From Flavobacteriales bacterium (GTDB taxonomy: Bacteria; Bacteroidota; Bacteroidia; Flavobacteriales_D; Sanyastnellaceae), in NCBI GenBank assembly GCA_016777435.1, contig JADHRK010000001.1, forward strand, positions 1 to 62,192: a stretch of DNA of 62,192 nucleotides. The letters are read 5' to 3'. Positions 37,235 through 48,293 of this stretch are shown here, piece by piece. Both the position numbers and the translations under genes were made by a program. Below the pieces are notes generated by a model. The model was not told the origin of the DNA. It ran no database searches and saw only the letters and a list, made by a program, of their open reading frames with translations. Numbering within the stretch: position 1 is the stretch's first letter; each line of letters opens with the position of its first letter.

Positions 37235-37933
37235 TCAGTTATTCATAGCCATGGCATCATCCATATCAGAATCTGCCGGTTTCACTACGTTGCCATCGTC
37301 GTCAAACTCCGGCATGTCACCTCCATTCTGAAGGACTTTAATGTACTCAATGACCAACCAGCGGTCTTTCTGAGAAAGCTGAGAGGCATGCGAACCCATC
37401 AAACCCTTGCCATAAGTCAAGGTGTGGTACATTTTTCCCTCGGGCAGGTCTTTCAATTTATCACTGTAACTCGGGATGCCTTGGATGTGACCATTGCGAC
37501 TTAGCGCACCATTACCCTTGCCGCCCTCGCCGTGGCACTGGGTGCACATCAAGGTGTAAATCTCCTGTCCCGCTTCTAATTCAGCCTGACCAACTTGCGC
37601 CAATGGCGACGTTAAGTTCATTCCCGCAGCCTCGTAACCTTCCACCGTATTGGCAAAAGCATAGGGCATGACATAATCCATCGCGCTAGGGTTAAATGGA
37701 ATCGTTCCTGCAACCGGCTTCCGAGCCGATTGAACCAAGCGCTGGGCACGTGCCGTCTCCTCACCCACTTGATAAGGGTCTTGGCCATAATCCACATATG
37801 CTTCTACCGCAGGAGAACGGTACATGTCCGGCATGTACTCCAAGCCCGAACTGTCGGGGTCAGTAACACAGCCCGTGGTAGCAAACAATCCCGCTACGAC
37901 TGCTGTCAAAACAATATTCGTTCGGATGTTCAT
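37235..37933 (-). CDS. actE: Alternative complex III monohaem cytochrome c lipoprotein ActE
   Basis: Lipobox LFATTGC and a single CTQCHGEGGKGNG haem motif. The ATG at 37933 overlaps the actD stop by 1 nt. Confidence 0.75.
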   Translation of the reverse strand: MNIRTNIVLTAVVAGLFATTGCVTDPDSSGLEYMPDMYRSPAVEAYVDYGQDPYQVGEETARAQRLVQSARKPVAGTIPFNPSAMDYVMPYAFANTVEGYEAAGMNLTSPLAQVGQAELEAGQEIYTLMCTQCHGEGGKGNGALSRNGHIQGIPSYSDKLKDLPEGKMYHTLTYGKGLMGSHASQLSQKDRWLVIEYIKVLQNGGDMPEFDDDGNVVKPADSDMDDAMAMNN

Positions 37934-38463
37934 CACTTGTAATCTTTGGTGCTGAGCTCAAAAAGGGGTGTCTCCTTGATCGCCGCCTCCAACTCATCTG
38001 CGGAAAGGGCGTTCTGCTCGGTGGTTATCTCCATTACAAACTTATCGTCCGTCGTGCGTGGGTCCGGGTTGGACGCTGGCATCCCGGGCAAGGTGCCATT
38101 GCGCAATAAATACGTGATGGCCATTCCGTGTGCTCCGCAGAGAACTGAAAACTCAAAGGTTACCGGGATGAAAGCGGGCAAATTCTCAATCAAAGAGAAA
38201 CTCGGCTTACCTCCTATGTTCATCGGCCAGTCGGAGATCATGAAGTACCACATTCCCAAAAGGGCCAATGTCGTACCGGTTGTTGCGAACATAAACGCTG
38301 CAATCCCCAGACGCGTGCGTTTCACTCCGATGATGGGATCAATCCCGTGCACCGGAAACGGGGAGAAAACATCCTTGACCCGGATGCCTTTTGCTACCAA
38401 TGCCGATGCCGCATCTTTCAGCGTATCGTCATCATCATACATTACATGGAATACCTTATTCAT
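37933..38463 (-). CDS. actD: Alternative complex III subunit ActD (DUF3341)
   Basis: MNKVFHVMYDDDDTLKDAASALVAKGIRVKDVFSPFPVHG, then two TM helices, in the canonical operon position. Confidence 0.75.
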   Translation of the reverse strand: MNKVFHVMYDDDDTLKDAASALVAKGIRVKDVFSPFPVHGIDPIIGVKRTRLGIAAFMFATTGTTLALLGMWYFMISDWPMNIGGKPSFSLIENLPAFIPVTFEFSVLCGAHGMAITYLLRNGTLPGMPASNPDPRTTDDKFVMEITTEQNALSADELEAAIKETPLFELSTKDYK

Positions 38464-38474
38464 GGCTGTAAGGG

Positions 38475-39854
38475 TCAGTTATTTTCTTGAGCTTTCTTAT
38501 AATTCTCTCCGCTGGACTTCAAAATGGTCTTCAACTCATTCAACGCCAAAACAGGAAAGAATCGGGCAAAACCGAGGAACAGGGTGAAAAAGATTCCTAG
38601 CGTTCCGATGAATACACCGATGTCAATATTCGTGGGGTGAAATTCTCCCCAACTTGAAGGGTCGTAATCCCGGTGAATCGAGGTCACAATAATGACGTAA
38701 CGCTCAAACCACATTCCGATATTCACCACAATGGAAAGCGCAAACGTGGCTACCAAACTCCGGCGGATCTTCTTAAACCAAAAGAGCTGTGGACTGATAA
38801 CGTTGCAGGTCATCATGATCCAATAGGCCCAGCTGTAAGGGCCACTGAAACGATTGATGAATGCATAGCTTTCATATTCGACACCGGAATACCACGAGAT
38901 GAATAACTCGGTCAGGTATGCCACGCCTACAATCGACCCCGTAACGATGATTACGATATTCATGTATTCGACGTGCTTCACATGGATGTAATTCTCCAGC
39001 TTCATGCCCTTTCGCATGATCAATAGCAATGTCTGAACCATCGCAAAACCGGAGAATACTGCCCCTGAAACGAAGTAAGGAGGGAAGATGGTCGTGTGCC
39101 ATCCGGGAATCACCGATGTGGCGAAGTCCATGGATACGATTGAGTGCACCGAGAATACCAAAGGCGTCGCGATCCCTGCCAGTACCAAGGAAACTTCTTC
39201 GAAACGGTTCCAGTGCTTGGCACGACCGCTCCAACCAAAGCTTAACAAGCCGTATACCTTCTTAGCGAAAGGCTTTGTCATTCGGTCACGAATGGTCGCA
39301 AAGTCAGGAATCAGTCCAATGTACCAGAAGACAAGAGAGACTGAGAAATACGTCGAAATGGCAAAAACGTCCCACAACAGCGGGCTATTGAAATTCACCC
39401 ACAACGATCCGAATTGGTTTGGCAAAGGAAGTACCCAATAGCTCACCCAAATTCGTCCCATGTGAATCCCTGGGAAAATCGCAGCCATGATTACGGCAAA
39501 AATGGTCATCGCCTCCGCAGAACGGTTGATGGCCATTCGCCACTTCTGGCGGAACAAGAGCAATACAGCTGATATAAGTGTTCCCGCGTGACCAATTCCG
39601 ACCCACCAAACAAAATTGGTAATGTCCCAGGCCCATCCAACGGTCTTGTTCAATCCCCATACTCCAATGCCTGTGCCCAAAAGATACAGGATGCATCCAA
39701 CGCCGTAAACGGCGATGATGCTGGAAATGGTAATCATTATTTTCCATCCAATGGGAGCGTCCCCTTGAATGGGTCCGACCACATCGTCGGTGATGTCTTT
39801 ATAAGACTTGTCCCCTAGTATCAGAGGTTCCCGAATGGCAGCTTCTCTTTGCAT
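38475..39854 (-). CDS. actC: Alternative complex III quinol-binding membrane subunit ActC (NrfD/PsrC-like)
   Basis: A 459-aa polytopic membrane protein immediately after actB. Confidence 0.85.
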   Translation of the reverse strand: MQREAAIREPLILGDKSYKDITDDVVGPIQGDAPIGWKIMITISSIIAVYGVGCILYLLGTGIGVWGLNKTVGWAWDITNFVWWVGIGHAGTLISAVLLLFRQKWRMAINRSAEAMTIFAVIMAAIFPGIHMGRIWVSYWVLPLPNQFGSLWVNFNSPLLWDVFAISTYFSVSLVFWYIGLIPDFATIRDRMTKPFAKKVYGLLSFGWSGRAKHWNRFEEVSLVLAGIATPLVFSVHSIVSMDFATSVIPGWHTTIFPPYFVSGAVFSGFAMVQTLLLIMRKGMKLENYIHVKHVEYMNIVIIVTGSIVGVAYLTELFISWYSGVEYESYAFINRFSGPYSWAYWIMMTCNVISPQLFWFKKIRRSLVATFALSIVVNIGMWFERYVIIVTSIHRDYDPSSWGEFHPTNIDIGVFIGTLGIFFTLFLGFARFFPVLALNELKTILKSSGENYKKAQENN

Positions 39855-39861
39855 GATCCTA

Positions 39862-42800
39862 TCAGGCTTGGTTAGGTTCTACGTTTCGCACTTTCGTCAT
39901 ATAGAAGATGTTGGGCTTCACTCCAATCTCCTCCAATGCATGGTAAGCACGGTTGTTTTCAGAAATCGCTCGCACTCCAGCAGACTTGTCGTTCAAGTCG
40001 CCAAATGAAATCGCGTGGGTTGGACAAGCCTCTGCACACGCCGTAACGACGGATCCATCCGGTACTGGTGTTCCCGCTTTTTTCGCGTCGAGCTTGCCCG
40101 ATTGAATGCGCTGTACGCACATGCTGCATTTTTCCATAACACCACGGCTTCTCACCGTAACGTCTGGGTTCAATACCATCCGCATAAGGCTGTCCTGCGC
40201 AGGGTTGAAGTTGGCAAACTTCTTATAACCCGGATAATTGAACCAATTGAATCGTCGAACCTTGTACGGACAATTGTTGGCACAGTATCGCGTACCGATG
40301 CAACGGTTGTAAGTCATCTGGTTCAGGCCTTCATTGCTGTGTGTGGTCGCCGCTACGGGACATACCGTTTCACATGGAGCATGATTGCAGTGCTGGCACA
40401 TCATTGGCATGTGCACCGTCTGTGGATTGGCCGATGGATCTTCCATTTTACGGTAAGAAGCTATGACGCTTGTCCCTTCCTCTTCTCCACGCTCCAGGCT
40501 ATAATCCGAGGCAAAGAAGCGATCGATTCGCATCCAATGCATGTCGCGGTGCCTTCTCACCTCATCCTTGCCCACGACGGGAACATTATTTTCAATGTGG
40601 CATGCTGTGACACACGCGCTGCATCCTGTGCAACTTGTCAAATCGATGGTCATTCCCCATCGGTGACCTACTTCTTCTACCGGATGCTCATGCCAAAGAT
40701 CAAAGGCTGAGGTTGGTTTCCCATCCTGTGCATCAATCTCACCATCCCCGGTAACATCTTCATGCACTGCAAGCGTGATCAATTCATTCCATGAAGCCTT
40801 TCCTTTCTTGGCATCTCGCTCGGCGAAATAGCTCGAAAAGTCCGTTTCCTTGACAATGCTTTCACGCCCCATGAACGTGTTTTGGATTTGCGTGCATGCC
40901 AGTGGGTACGTTTCTCCCGTCGCCTCAACCGTCACATCGTACTGCGCATAATCCGTGAAGTCCCCTGATTGCGCCGTCCAAGGGAATACGTTTTTTCCAA
41001 CAGGAGTTGGTTTGCCGTCTGAGTCCGTTTCGAATGAACCGTTTTCTCCGGTCTGGAAAGCTGCCTTTCCAATGTTTTCTCCGTTGCCTCCTCGGCCATA
41101 GCCCAAGGCAATGCCAATGGTTCCAGGCGCCTGGCCTGGCATTGGGAATACAGGCAGCTCCATCGAACTACCGGCGACAGTAACCTTGACCAGGCTTGCT
41201 GGCTTTTCTTGGCCAATGAAGCCGTTCAGCCCCATCGCATCCACATCGGCGTGCGCCATGGTCACGTAATTGTCCCACGTGACCTTTGTCAACGGATCTG
41301 GTGTTTCCTGGAGCATGGGGTTGGCAGCATGCTGGCCCGCACCCATGGTTGTTTTCTGGTATAGTGCCAATTCAACGGCTCCTCCTTTTCGACCGTTCAA
41401 TTCCGAAATGGCTTGCGACGTTCCCACACCGGCAAACGTGACGGCTTGGCCCGGCGTGACATCAACTCCAACGAAGCCATTGTGTACCGCCTTGTTCCAT
41501 GCGGCGTTGGTGTACATCGCATCGGATGTGTAATCGGATGCATGGGTTGATCGCACGAATGTGTACCAATCTTGATTAGCACCAGACCAACGCACAAGGC
41601 TTTCACCCCAAGGTCGTGTGTTGTGCAACGGCGAAATGGTTGGCTGTACCAGGTCAATTCGATCCGCTTCAATCTGCAAATCGCCCCATGACTCTAACCA
41701 GTGGTGGGTCGGAGCAATGACTTTGCACAATGATGCCGTCTCATCCGCTACTGAAGAAGTGCTGACCGTATGCTTCATCGTTGACAGCGCTTCTGCAAAG
41801 GCTGCTGCGTCAGGCGCATCATAAGCAGGGTTGCAGTCCGCCATGATCAGAACCTCAACGGCTCCTGCTTTCATGTCTGATGTCAACTGCTTCAGCGCAG
41901 AAGAACTTCCTTGAAACAAGGTCATCTCGTCATACGAAACCGTTGTTCCAACAGCTCCAAGTGCAGCGTTGATCGCATTCACTACTTGCTGCATAGCCAG
42001 ATCATTGGCTCCAGCCATGACCAAGCCTTTAGATCCCGCTCGCTTCAAATCCTTCGCTGCCGCAGCCACTGCCTTGTTGGCTTCTTCTGAAAGTTGCCCA
42101 GCAGTCCCCTGACCAGTTACCATGGCCAACAATGCGGTTGCAACACGCCCCTGCTCTGATGGCTTCACCATCGTGCGTTGATCGGCGTTTGAACCGGTCA
42201 AGCTCATGTTGGTTTCAAAGGCATGAACCCGGGACATCTTACCCGACTCTGGCTTTCGCATGGCAGCCCAACGCTCCCCGTAGATAACGTTGTCCGCAAA
42301 AGAACCCAAGAAATCGGCTCCGATTGTCACAACTGCTTCCGCCTCTTCTAGGCGGTAAGACGGGAATGAGTTGACCCCAAAGTCGGCTTGTGCAGCCGCT
42401 CGGAAAGCGCCATAATCAATGGCATCATATTGGATGTGCTCCAAGCCGGATTGGGCAATGGCCCGCAAGGCGGATGGCGACAACACCGTGTTCGTCAACA
42501 ATACTTTTCGTCCTTCACCTTGCATCACATTGGATACCGCGGCATCAACTGTCGCCCAATCGCTGGCTTCTCCCGCAATCTGGGGACCATCGAGGCGAGC
42601 GCTGTCATACAGGGAAATCACAGAAGCATTGACCCGTGCATTCACACGGCCGTAACCTGTTTCGGTATTGGACTTGATGAAAATGGGACGACCCTCACGG
42701 GTCTTCACCAACACATTCACGTAATCATGTCCGTCGTAATAGGTACTTGCGTAATGATTGGCCACACCGGGTGTGACTTCCTCAGGTTTGTTGGTGTAGG

Positions 42801-43032
42801 GAATGCTCTTAACGACTGGAGTCTCACACGCCGCAAGAGTGGCAGCCGTAAGACCAAAGCCCATGAACTTCAAGAAGTCCCTCCGCCCGGTATGGGTAGA
42901 TTCGAGGCGCTCGTCGGTTAAAAATTCATCCACCGATTGCGCTTCAGGGAACTCTTGTCCTTGAATCGTCTTAAATGCTTCTGTTTCTCGAAGCTCGTCC
43001 AGTCCGGACCAATAGCGCTTTGTATTTGCCAT
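39862..43032 (-). CDS. actB: Alternative complex III subunit ActB (molybdopterin-oxidoreductase-like domain plus 4Fe-4S cluster domain, Tat signal)
   Basis: Twin-arginine motif [11 protein letters not shown]. FeS motifs are [46 protein letters not shown] and [10 protein letters not shown]. Start is set at the ATG 43032 ([14 protein letters not shown]), downstream of the actA stop. Confidence 0.9.
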   Translation of the reverse strand: MANTKRYWSGLDELRETEAFKTIQGQEFPEAQSVDEFLTDERLESTHTGRRDFLKFMGFGLTAATLAACETPVVKSIPYTNKPEEVTPGVANHYASTYYDGHDYVNVLVKTREGRPIFIKSNTETGYGRVNARVNASVISLYDSARLDGPQIAGEASDWATVDAAVSNVMQGEGRKVLLTNTVLSPSALRAIAQSGLEHIQYDAIDYGAFRAAAQADFGVNSFPSYRLEEAEAVVTIGADFLGSFADNVIYGERWAAMRKPESGKMSRVHAFETNMSLTGSNADQRTMVKPSEQGRVATALLAMVTGQGTAGQLSEEANKAVAAAAKDLKRAGSKGLVMAGANDLAMQQVVNAINAALGAVGTTVSYDEMTLFQGSSSALKQLTSDMKAGAVEVLIMADCNPAYDAPDAAAFAEALSTMKHTVSTSSVADETASLCKVIAPTHHWLESWGDLQIEADRIDLVQPTISPLHNTRPWGESLVRWSGANQDWYTFVRSTHASDYTSDAMYTNAAWNKAVHNGFVGVDVTPGQAVTFAGVGTSQAISELNGRKGGAVELALYQKTTMGAGQHAANPMLQETPDPLTKVTWDNYVTMAHADVDAMGLNGFIGQEKPASLVKVTVAGSSMELPVFPMPGQAPGTIGIALGYGRGGNGENIGKAAFQTGENGSFETDSDGKPTPVGKNVFPWTAQSGDFTDYAQYDVTVEATGETYPLACTQIQNTFMGRESIVKETDFSSYFAERDAKKGKASWNELITLAVHEDVTGDGEIDAQDGKPTSAFDLWHEHPVEEVGHRWGMTIDLTSCTGCSACVTACHIENNVPVVGKDEVRRHRDMHWMRIDRFFASDYSLERGEEEGTSVIASYRKMEDPSANPQTVHMPMMCQHCNHAPCETVCPVAATTHSNEGLNQMTYNRCIGTRYCANNCPYKVRRFNWFNYPGYKKFANFNPAQDSLMRMVLNPDVTVRSRGVMEKCSMCVQRIQSGKLDAKKAGTPVPDGSVVTACAEACPTHAISFGDLNDKSAGVRAISENNRAYHALEEIGVKPNIFYMTKVRNVEPNQA

Positions 43033-43063
43033 GTGGCTGCGATAAGGGGTTCGCGATTGATGC

Positions 43064-44488
43064 TTAATAATGGCACTTGGCACACTCCCAGCCGCCAAGC
43101 TCCTTTACAGTAATTTTGTCGTCTTCCATGTACTTCCGAAGCTCTTCATTGCCTCGAAGGTTGTCCTTCAGGCGGTGATGAATATCTTCATAGTACCCAC
43201 TGCTTGCCAAGTCAATCTCGGCTTTGTTATGGCATTCGATGCACCAGCCCATCGGAAGGGTTGGTTTGGAGAGTTCAATCAAGCCGGGATATTTATCCAC
43301 CAGTTGGTTGATGTCTTCCACTTCAGCAACACGGCCGACCGTATATGTCTCGACATCACCGTGGCAATTTTGACACTGCAGGCCTCCTACAACAACGTGC
43401 TGTTGGTGACTAAAGAATACGTGATCAGGCAGATTGTGGACCTTGTTCCAACGAATCGGCTCTCCCTCATATGAATCCTGCGGTGAAGTGTAACCGATCT
43501 TTCCGGTGCCGTCTACGTAAGTTCCCGACGTTGGGTCAAAGCCAATGGCATCGTAAATCTTTCCAATCTCTGTCTCACCATATCGGCGGCCTTTTTTGAC
43601 AGCCTTGTGGCAATTCATGCAAACATTCGTCGAGGGAATGCCAGCGTGCTTGGACTCGTAGGCACTGTGGTGGCAATACTTGCAATCCACTTCATTTTCG
43701 CACACGTGGACACTGTGAATAAACTGAATCGGTTGATTCGGCTTGTAGCCTTCTACAACTCCCACCCGCATCAAGCCTTGGTACCCGAGTACCGCACCAT
43801 ATGCTAAGAAGAACATACCAATGAGCGACACTGCCGCTCGGTTGTCCCATGTCCAATTGCGAATGCGCACCCCGTAAGGAGCATCTTCGAGCAAGTCGCC
43901 TCCGTCTTTTTCGCGGGCCGCATTGGTCAGGCTTCGGTTTACACCTGCAGCGGCCATCGCAATGATCAAAAAGAGCACCAGCAACATTAAGAACCAAGTG
44001 CTTCGTGTATCGGAGGAATCTGCGATGGGCAAATCGTCAACGGTCACACAATCTGAACCCGTATCGGCAATAGGAGCTGCATCGGGCGGATTCTGAACAT
44101 ACGCCATGATGTTCTTGATGTCGTCGGGAGAAACCGCTTGAGCAGTCATCCATCCGTAGGTTGGAACGTAACGGTCCACCAATGATTTGATGTACTTATC
44201 TCCCGATTCAGCTGCACCCTGTGGATTTTGAATCCACTGAACCAGCAACTCGTCAGTGGCACCCCACCGGTCGGCAATTCCAGCGAGCCCCGGCGCAGCC
44301 AGCACCTCGTTCGTTACTTTGTGGCAGGAAGCGCAGTTTGCATTGAAGAGCGCTTGGCCCGCCTCAATGTCACCCTCCTCCCAAATATCAGCAGCCGCTT
44401 GTGTGGCCGTCAACAGAAGGCATGCGGTCAAGATGTTTCTAAAGGCTCTGAAGCCCGTGTAAGCTACCATGGAGTTTGCTTTTCGCAT
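43064..44488 (-). CDS. actA: Alternative complex III multihaem cytochrome ActA with an extra N-terminal class-I cytochrome c domain (6 CxxCH in total)
   Basis: CASCH sits in the N-terminal soluble domain. Two TM helices follow, then CKYCH, CMNCH, CQNCH, CIECH, CAKCH. Confidence 0.85.
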   Translation of the reverse strand: MRKANSMVAYTGFRAFRNILTACLLLTATQAAADIWEEGDIEAGQALFNANCASCHKVTNEVLAAPGLAGIADRWGATDELLVQWIQNPQGAAESGDKYIKSLVDRYVPTYGWMTAQAVSPDDIKNIMAYVQNPPDAAPIADTGSDCVTVDDLPIADSSDTRSTWFLMLLVLFLIIAMAAAGVNRSLTNAAREKDGGDLLEDAPYGVRIRNWTWDNRAAVSLIGMFFLAYGAVLGYQGLMRVGVVEGYKPNQPIQFIHSVHVCENEVDCKYCHHSAYESKHAGIPSTNVCMNCHKAVKKGRRYGETEIGKIYDAIGFDPTSGTYVDGTGKIGYTSPQDSYEGEPIRWNKVHNLPDHVFFSHQQHVVVGGLQCQNCHGDVETYTVGRVAEVEDINQLVDKYPGLIELSKPTLPMGWCIECHNKAEIDLASSGYYEDIHHRLKDNLRGNEELRKYMEDDKITVKELGGWECAKCHY

Positions 44489-44726
44489 CACAAAAATTGT
44501 CGCTCTTTTCGCATGTAAAAATAAGCACTGAAAGCCAATAAAACAGGCAGAAATAAGCCAAACTCATACCCCCTTTTTGCCGAATGATACGATGCTCTCC
44601 ATAACCACCTGTTATACAGCTCGTTATACTTATTATAGCCTCTCGATTTTTTGTGACTTTTCCGTGACAATCGTTCAAACCCAAGCCTGAGTCATTGTCT
44701 AGCTTCATTTCATAACTTTACCGGAA

Positions 44727-45395
44727 ATGCCAGGTTCAACCGAACATCCTTTTCGAGCATTCAGCGCATCAAAAGCGCTATTGTTTTCAATCGCTTTCGC
44801 AAGTGCGTATTCCAATGGAGCGCTGGCTCAGGACAACAACGCTTGGTGGAAGGGCTTGTTCCAACAAAGAAGCGCCGCCTGTGACTCAGCCGCTGTTTCT
44901 TCAGCTGATCCGGGAGAATCGACGCGGCCCGCTCCCATCACAATTGACGAGTCCTACTCCATCATTCCAGCGGAAAGCGGTGCAGCTGACCCAAATTCAA
45001 TCGAATCAGATTCAGCCGTTCAACGCGTTCGAAAGGAAGGAGATTATCAATTGATGTGGGATCCGCGCATGGCCCAATTGGATTCTGCCTGGAAAACCGA
45101 ATCTCATCCGTTGAATGGTTACCGCATCCAGCTTTTTTCAGGGAGCTTGCAGAAAGCGCGCGAATTCAGAGCCGTTGCGCGCCGACGCACAGATCTACCT
45201 GTGTACATGTCGTCGATGCCTCCTAATTATCGCCTGACCATTGGGGATTTCAGGAACAAGTGGGGCGCAGAAAACGTGAAGCAACAATGGCTGGGATTGT
45301 TCCCGCTTGCGCTTGTGATTCCCATGGAAATTGAATTGCCGACGTTTGCCCCTTCGTCAGAAAAGAACATTGGGCCAGCCGGCACCACTGAATGA
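44727..45395 (+). CDS. SPOR domain-containing protein
   Basis: Signal peptide and a low-complexity linker. The C-terminus GYRIQLFSGSLQKAREFRAVARRRTDLPVYMSSMPPNYRLTIGDFRNKWGAE is typical of a SPOR repeat. Confidence 0.7.
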   Translation: MPGSTEHPFRAFSASKALLFSIAFASAYSNGALAQDNNAWWKGLFQQRSAACDSAAVSSADPGESTRPAPITIDESYSIIPAESGAADPNSIESDSAVQRVRKEGDYQLMWDPRMAQLDSAWKTESHPLNGYRIQLFSGSLQKAREFRAVARRRTDLPVYMSSMPPNYRLTIGDFRNKWGAENVKQQWLGLFPLALVIPMEIELPTFAPSSEKNIGPAGTTE

Positions 45396-45399
45396 AGAT

Positions 45400-48234
45400 T
45401 TAGTCTTCGAGCGTTTGCTTTACTTCCACCTCCTCGTACGCCTCAATCACGTCTCCAACTTTGATGTCGTTGAAACGTTCGACGTTCAGACCGCACTCAA
45501 ATCCTTTCGACACTTCTCGAACGTCGTCTTTGAATCGCTTCAATGAACCTAGTGTTCCGGTGTAGGCTACAACGCCATCTCGAATGACTCGGATTTTGTG
45601 GTTTCGATTGATCTTGCCATCCAAGACAAAACAACCTGCAATCGTACCAACCTTTGAAATCTTGAATGTTTCTCGAATCTCTGCAGATCCCACCACTTTT
45701 TCTTCAATCTTCGCTGAAAGCAGGCCTTCCATCGCATCTTTCATCTCTTCGATGGCCTTGTAGATGACGGAGTACAGCTTGATTTGGATGCCTTCTTTTT
45801 CAGCCAATCTCCGCGCCGCAGCGCTCGGGCGGACCTGAAAACCAATGATGATTGCAGAAGAAGCTGAGGCGAGCAAGATATCCGATTCTGAAACTTGACC
45901 AACCGCTTTGTGAATGATGTTCACTTGAACCTTTTCGGTGCTCAACTTTTGCAAAGAATCACTCAAGGCTTCAATCGAACCGTCCACGTCACCTTTGACA
46001 ATCAGGTTCAATTCCTTGAATTCCCCCACGGCAATTCGCCGGCCGAGTTCTTCCAACGTAACTGAACGCTGGGATCGAACCCCTTGCTCTCGTTGAAGCT
46101 GCTGCCGCTTTGTTGCAATGTTTCGCGATTCACGCTCGTCGTCAAAGACATGAAAATTGTCTCCGGCACTCGGTGCGCCATCAAAGCCTAGAATGGACAC
46201 GGGAACCGATGGCCCGGCTTCTTCAACGCGCGTGCCACGTTCGTTGAACATCGCTTTTACCTTGCCCGAATATTGACCTGCCAGCAGGGCATCACCCACG
46301 CGCAGTGTTCCGCCTTCTACCAACAAATTGGTCACGTAGCCGCGGCCTTTGTCAAGGGAACTTTCAACGACCGTTCCAATGGCACGCTTCTTCGGATTGG
46401 CTCGCAAGTCCAGCATTTCTGCTTCGAGCAAGATCTTTTCCAAAAGCTCCTGAACATTCGTTCCGTTTTTCGCAGAAATCTCCTGGCTTTGGAATTTCCC
46501 TCCCCACTCCTCAACCAGCACATTCATTTCAGAAAGCTCCTGCCGAATTTTGTCGGCATTGGCCTCTGGACGGTCCATCTTATTCAACGCGATGACCATC
46601 GGGATGCCTGCGGCCTGAGCGTGGTTGATTGCCTCTTTCGTCTGCGGCATTACTGCATCGTCAGCTGCAACAACAATCACGGCAATATCCGTCACTTGGG
46701 CACCACGGGCACGCATCGCTGTAAACGCTTCGTGACCCGGTGTATCCAAGAATGTCATTTTTCCACCTTGCGGCAACGTGACGTGGTAAGCTCCAATGTG
46801 CTGGGTGATTCCTCCGGCCTCACCGGCAATCACATTGGCACTTCGCACGAAGTCCAACAATGACGTCTTTCCGTGGTCAACGTGTCCCATCACTGTGACG
46901 ATTGGTGGGCGATCCTCCATATCCGCTTCGTCATCTACTTCAATCTCAATGGACTCTTGCACCTCCGCGCTCACAAAGTTCGCCTCGTATCCGAATTCCT
47001 CAGATATGATGGTAATGGTTTCCGAATCCAATCGCTGATTGATGGAAACCATGATCCCCAATGTCATGCACGCCGAAATGACCTCATTGACGTTGGCATT
47101 CATCATGTTCGCTAACTCCGCTACGGTCACAAATTCGGTGAGCTGCAATGTCTTTGCATCCTCCTCTTGTTGCGCCAATTCCTGTTCTTGGCGCTCTTGC
47201 ACCGCGCTTCGCTTTGCACGGCGCAACTTCGCTGAGTTGGACTTCTTTCCGCCACTCAAACGCGCGAGCGTTTCTTTGATTTCCTTTTGGATATCTGCCT
47301 GACTCACTTCTTTCTTCGGCTCGTTGCGTCGACCGCGTCCGCGCGTGTCGTTGCGTCCTCCTCCGGAGGTACGAGCCGTTTTCTCCACATCCACCTTGGT
47401 GATGCGCTTTCGCTTTCGTTTGTTGTCTTCTCCTTTGCCTGCTGGAGTCTTCTTCTTCTCAACCGGCAATTCAATTTTGCCGACGACGGTTGGACCGGAG
47501 AGCTTCTCAATTTTTGTTTGGTGCTTCTCCACCTTCTTGATATCGGGAGCTTTTTCCGCCTTCAACTCGGCAGCAGCAACTTCTTCCGCTTTCAACTTGG
47601 CCTCTGCCTGAGCAGCGGCCTCCTTTTTCGAGATTACCGCTGATTTCGCTGCGAGCATCGCCTTCTCTGCAAGCTTCTCCTTTTTGGTTTTCGGCTTCGC
47701 TTTTTTGGAGACCGCGTCCAAATCAACTTTGCCAAGCACCTTCATAGGCGAATCAGGATTGGTCTTATTCTCCTCAGCCGCCGGAGCTGGAATAAGAGCT
47801 TCCTCAACTGTTTCTTTCGTTTCCACAACCGGCTTTTCAGTAGGTTGTGGAGCAGGCGCCGGGTCGGATTGCCCGTCGTCCGCCGTTTTGAGCCGTTCAA
47901 CAACCGGCTGCTGCTGGCTCTTTTGAAAAACAGAAAGGTCGAGTTCGACCTCAGGCTCTGCTGCTGGCGATGGCTTTTTTCGAGCGGAAGCCAAGGTCAC
48001 GCTGGCGCGCTCCGTTACGGCTCGGTTTGACGAGCTCACTGCTTTTTCTTTCGCCGCTTTTTCATCTTGGAAATTGGCGCGAACAAGCGCCACAGCAGAA
48101 GCCTCGATTTTGGTGTTGGGCTTGGCATCGACTTCGATCCCCTTGCCTGCCAGAAAATCAACAATGGTTTGAATGCCCAAATTAAATTCTCGGGCAATTA
48201 GGTTGAGTCGTACAGGTTTGTTAGCGTCGGCCAT
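45400..48234 (-). CDS. infB: Translation initiation factor IF-2
   Basis: G domain [24 protein letters not shown], with a Lys/Glu/Ala-rich N-terminal region. The ATG at 48234 ([11 protein letters not shown]) is preferred over the TTG at 48240. Confidence 0.95.
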   Translation of the reverse strand: MADANKPVRLNLIAREFNLGIQTIVDFLAGKGIEVDAKPNTKIEASAVALVRANFQDEKAAKEKAVSSSNRAVTERASVTLASARKKPSPAAEPEVELDLSVFQKSQQQPVVERLKTADDGQSDPAPAPQPTEKPVVETKETVEEALIPAPAAEENKTNPDSPMKVLGKVDLDAVSKKAKPKTKKEKLAEKAMLAAKSAVISKKEAAAQAEAKLKAEEVAAAELKAEKAPDIKKVEKHQTKIEKLSGPTVVGKIELPVEKKKTPAGKGEDNKRKRKRITKVDVEKTARTSGGGRNDTRGRGRRNEPKKEVSQADIQKEIKETLARLSGGKKSNSAKLRRAKRSAVQERQEQELAQQEEDAKTLQLTEFVTVAELANMMNANVNEVISACMTLGIMVSINQRLDSETITIISEEFGYEANFVSAEVQESIEIEVDDEADMEDRPPIVTVMGHVDHGKTSLLDFVRSANVIAGEAGGITQHIGAYHVTLPQGGKMTFLDTPGHEAFTAMRARGAQVTDIAVIVVAADDAVMPQTKEAINHAQAAGIPMVIALNKMDRPEANADKIRQELSEMNVLVEEWGGKFQSQEISAKNGTNVQELLEKILLEAEMLDLRANPKKRAIGTVVESSLDKGRGYVTNLLVEGGTLRVGDALLAGQYSGKVKAMFNERGTRVEEAGPSVPVSILGFDGAPSAGDNFHVFDDERESRNIATKRQQLQREQGVRSQRSVTLEELGRRIAVGEFKELNLIVKGDVDGSIEALSDSLQKLSTEKVQVNIIHKAVGQVSESDILLASASSAIIIGFQVRPSAAARRLAEKEGIQIKLYSVIYKAIEEMKDAMEGLLSAKIEEKVVGSAEIRETFKISKVGTIAGCFVLDGKINRNHKIRVIRDGVVAYTGTLGSLKRFKDDVREVSKGFECGLNVERFNDIKVGDVIEAYEEVEVKQTLED

Positions 48235-48293
48235 TGGCAAAATTAGGGCTTAGAAATGCGAATTTAACAGGGAATGAGGTCTCTCGACAGGAA

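Noticed and set aside
44439-44708. Small minus-strand ORFs (89 aa and 60 aa) in the actA upstream gap
   Set aside because: They overlap the actA 5' end or promoter region and have odd composition with no signal or motif. I treat the gap as regulatory DNA.
48238-48245. CAAAATTA (TAATTTTG on the minus strand), a -7-box match at the infB start
   Set aside because: It overlaps the TTG/ATG start region itself, leaving no room for a leader. It is most likely a chance match inside the nusA-infB spacer.
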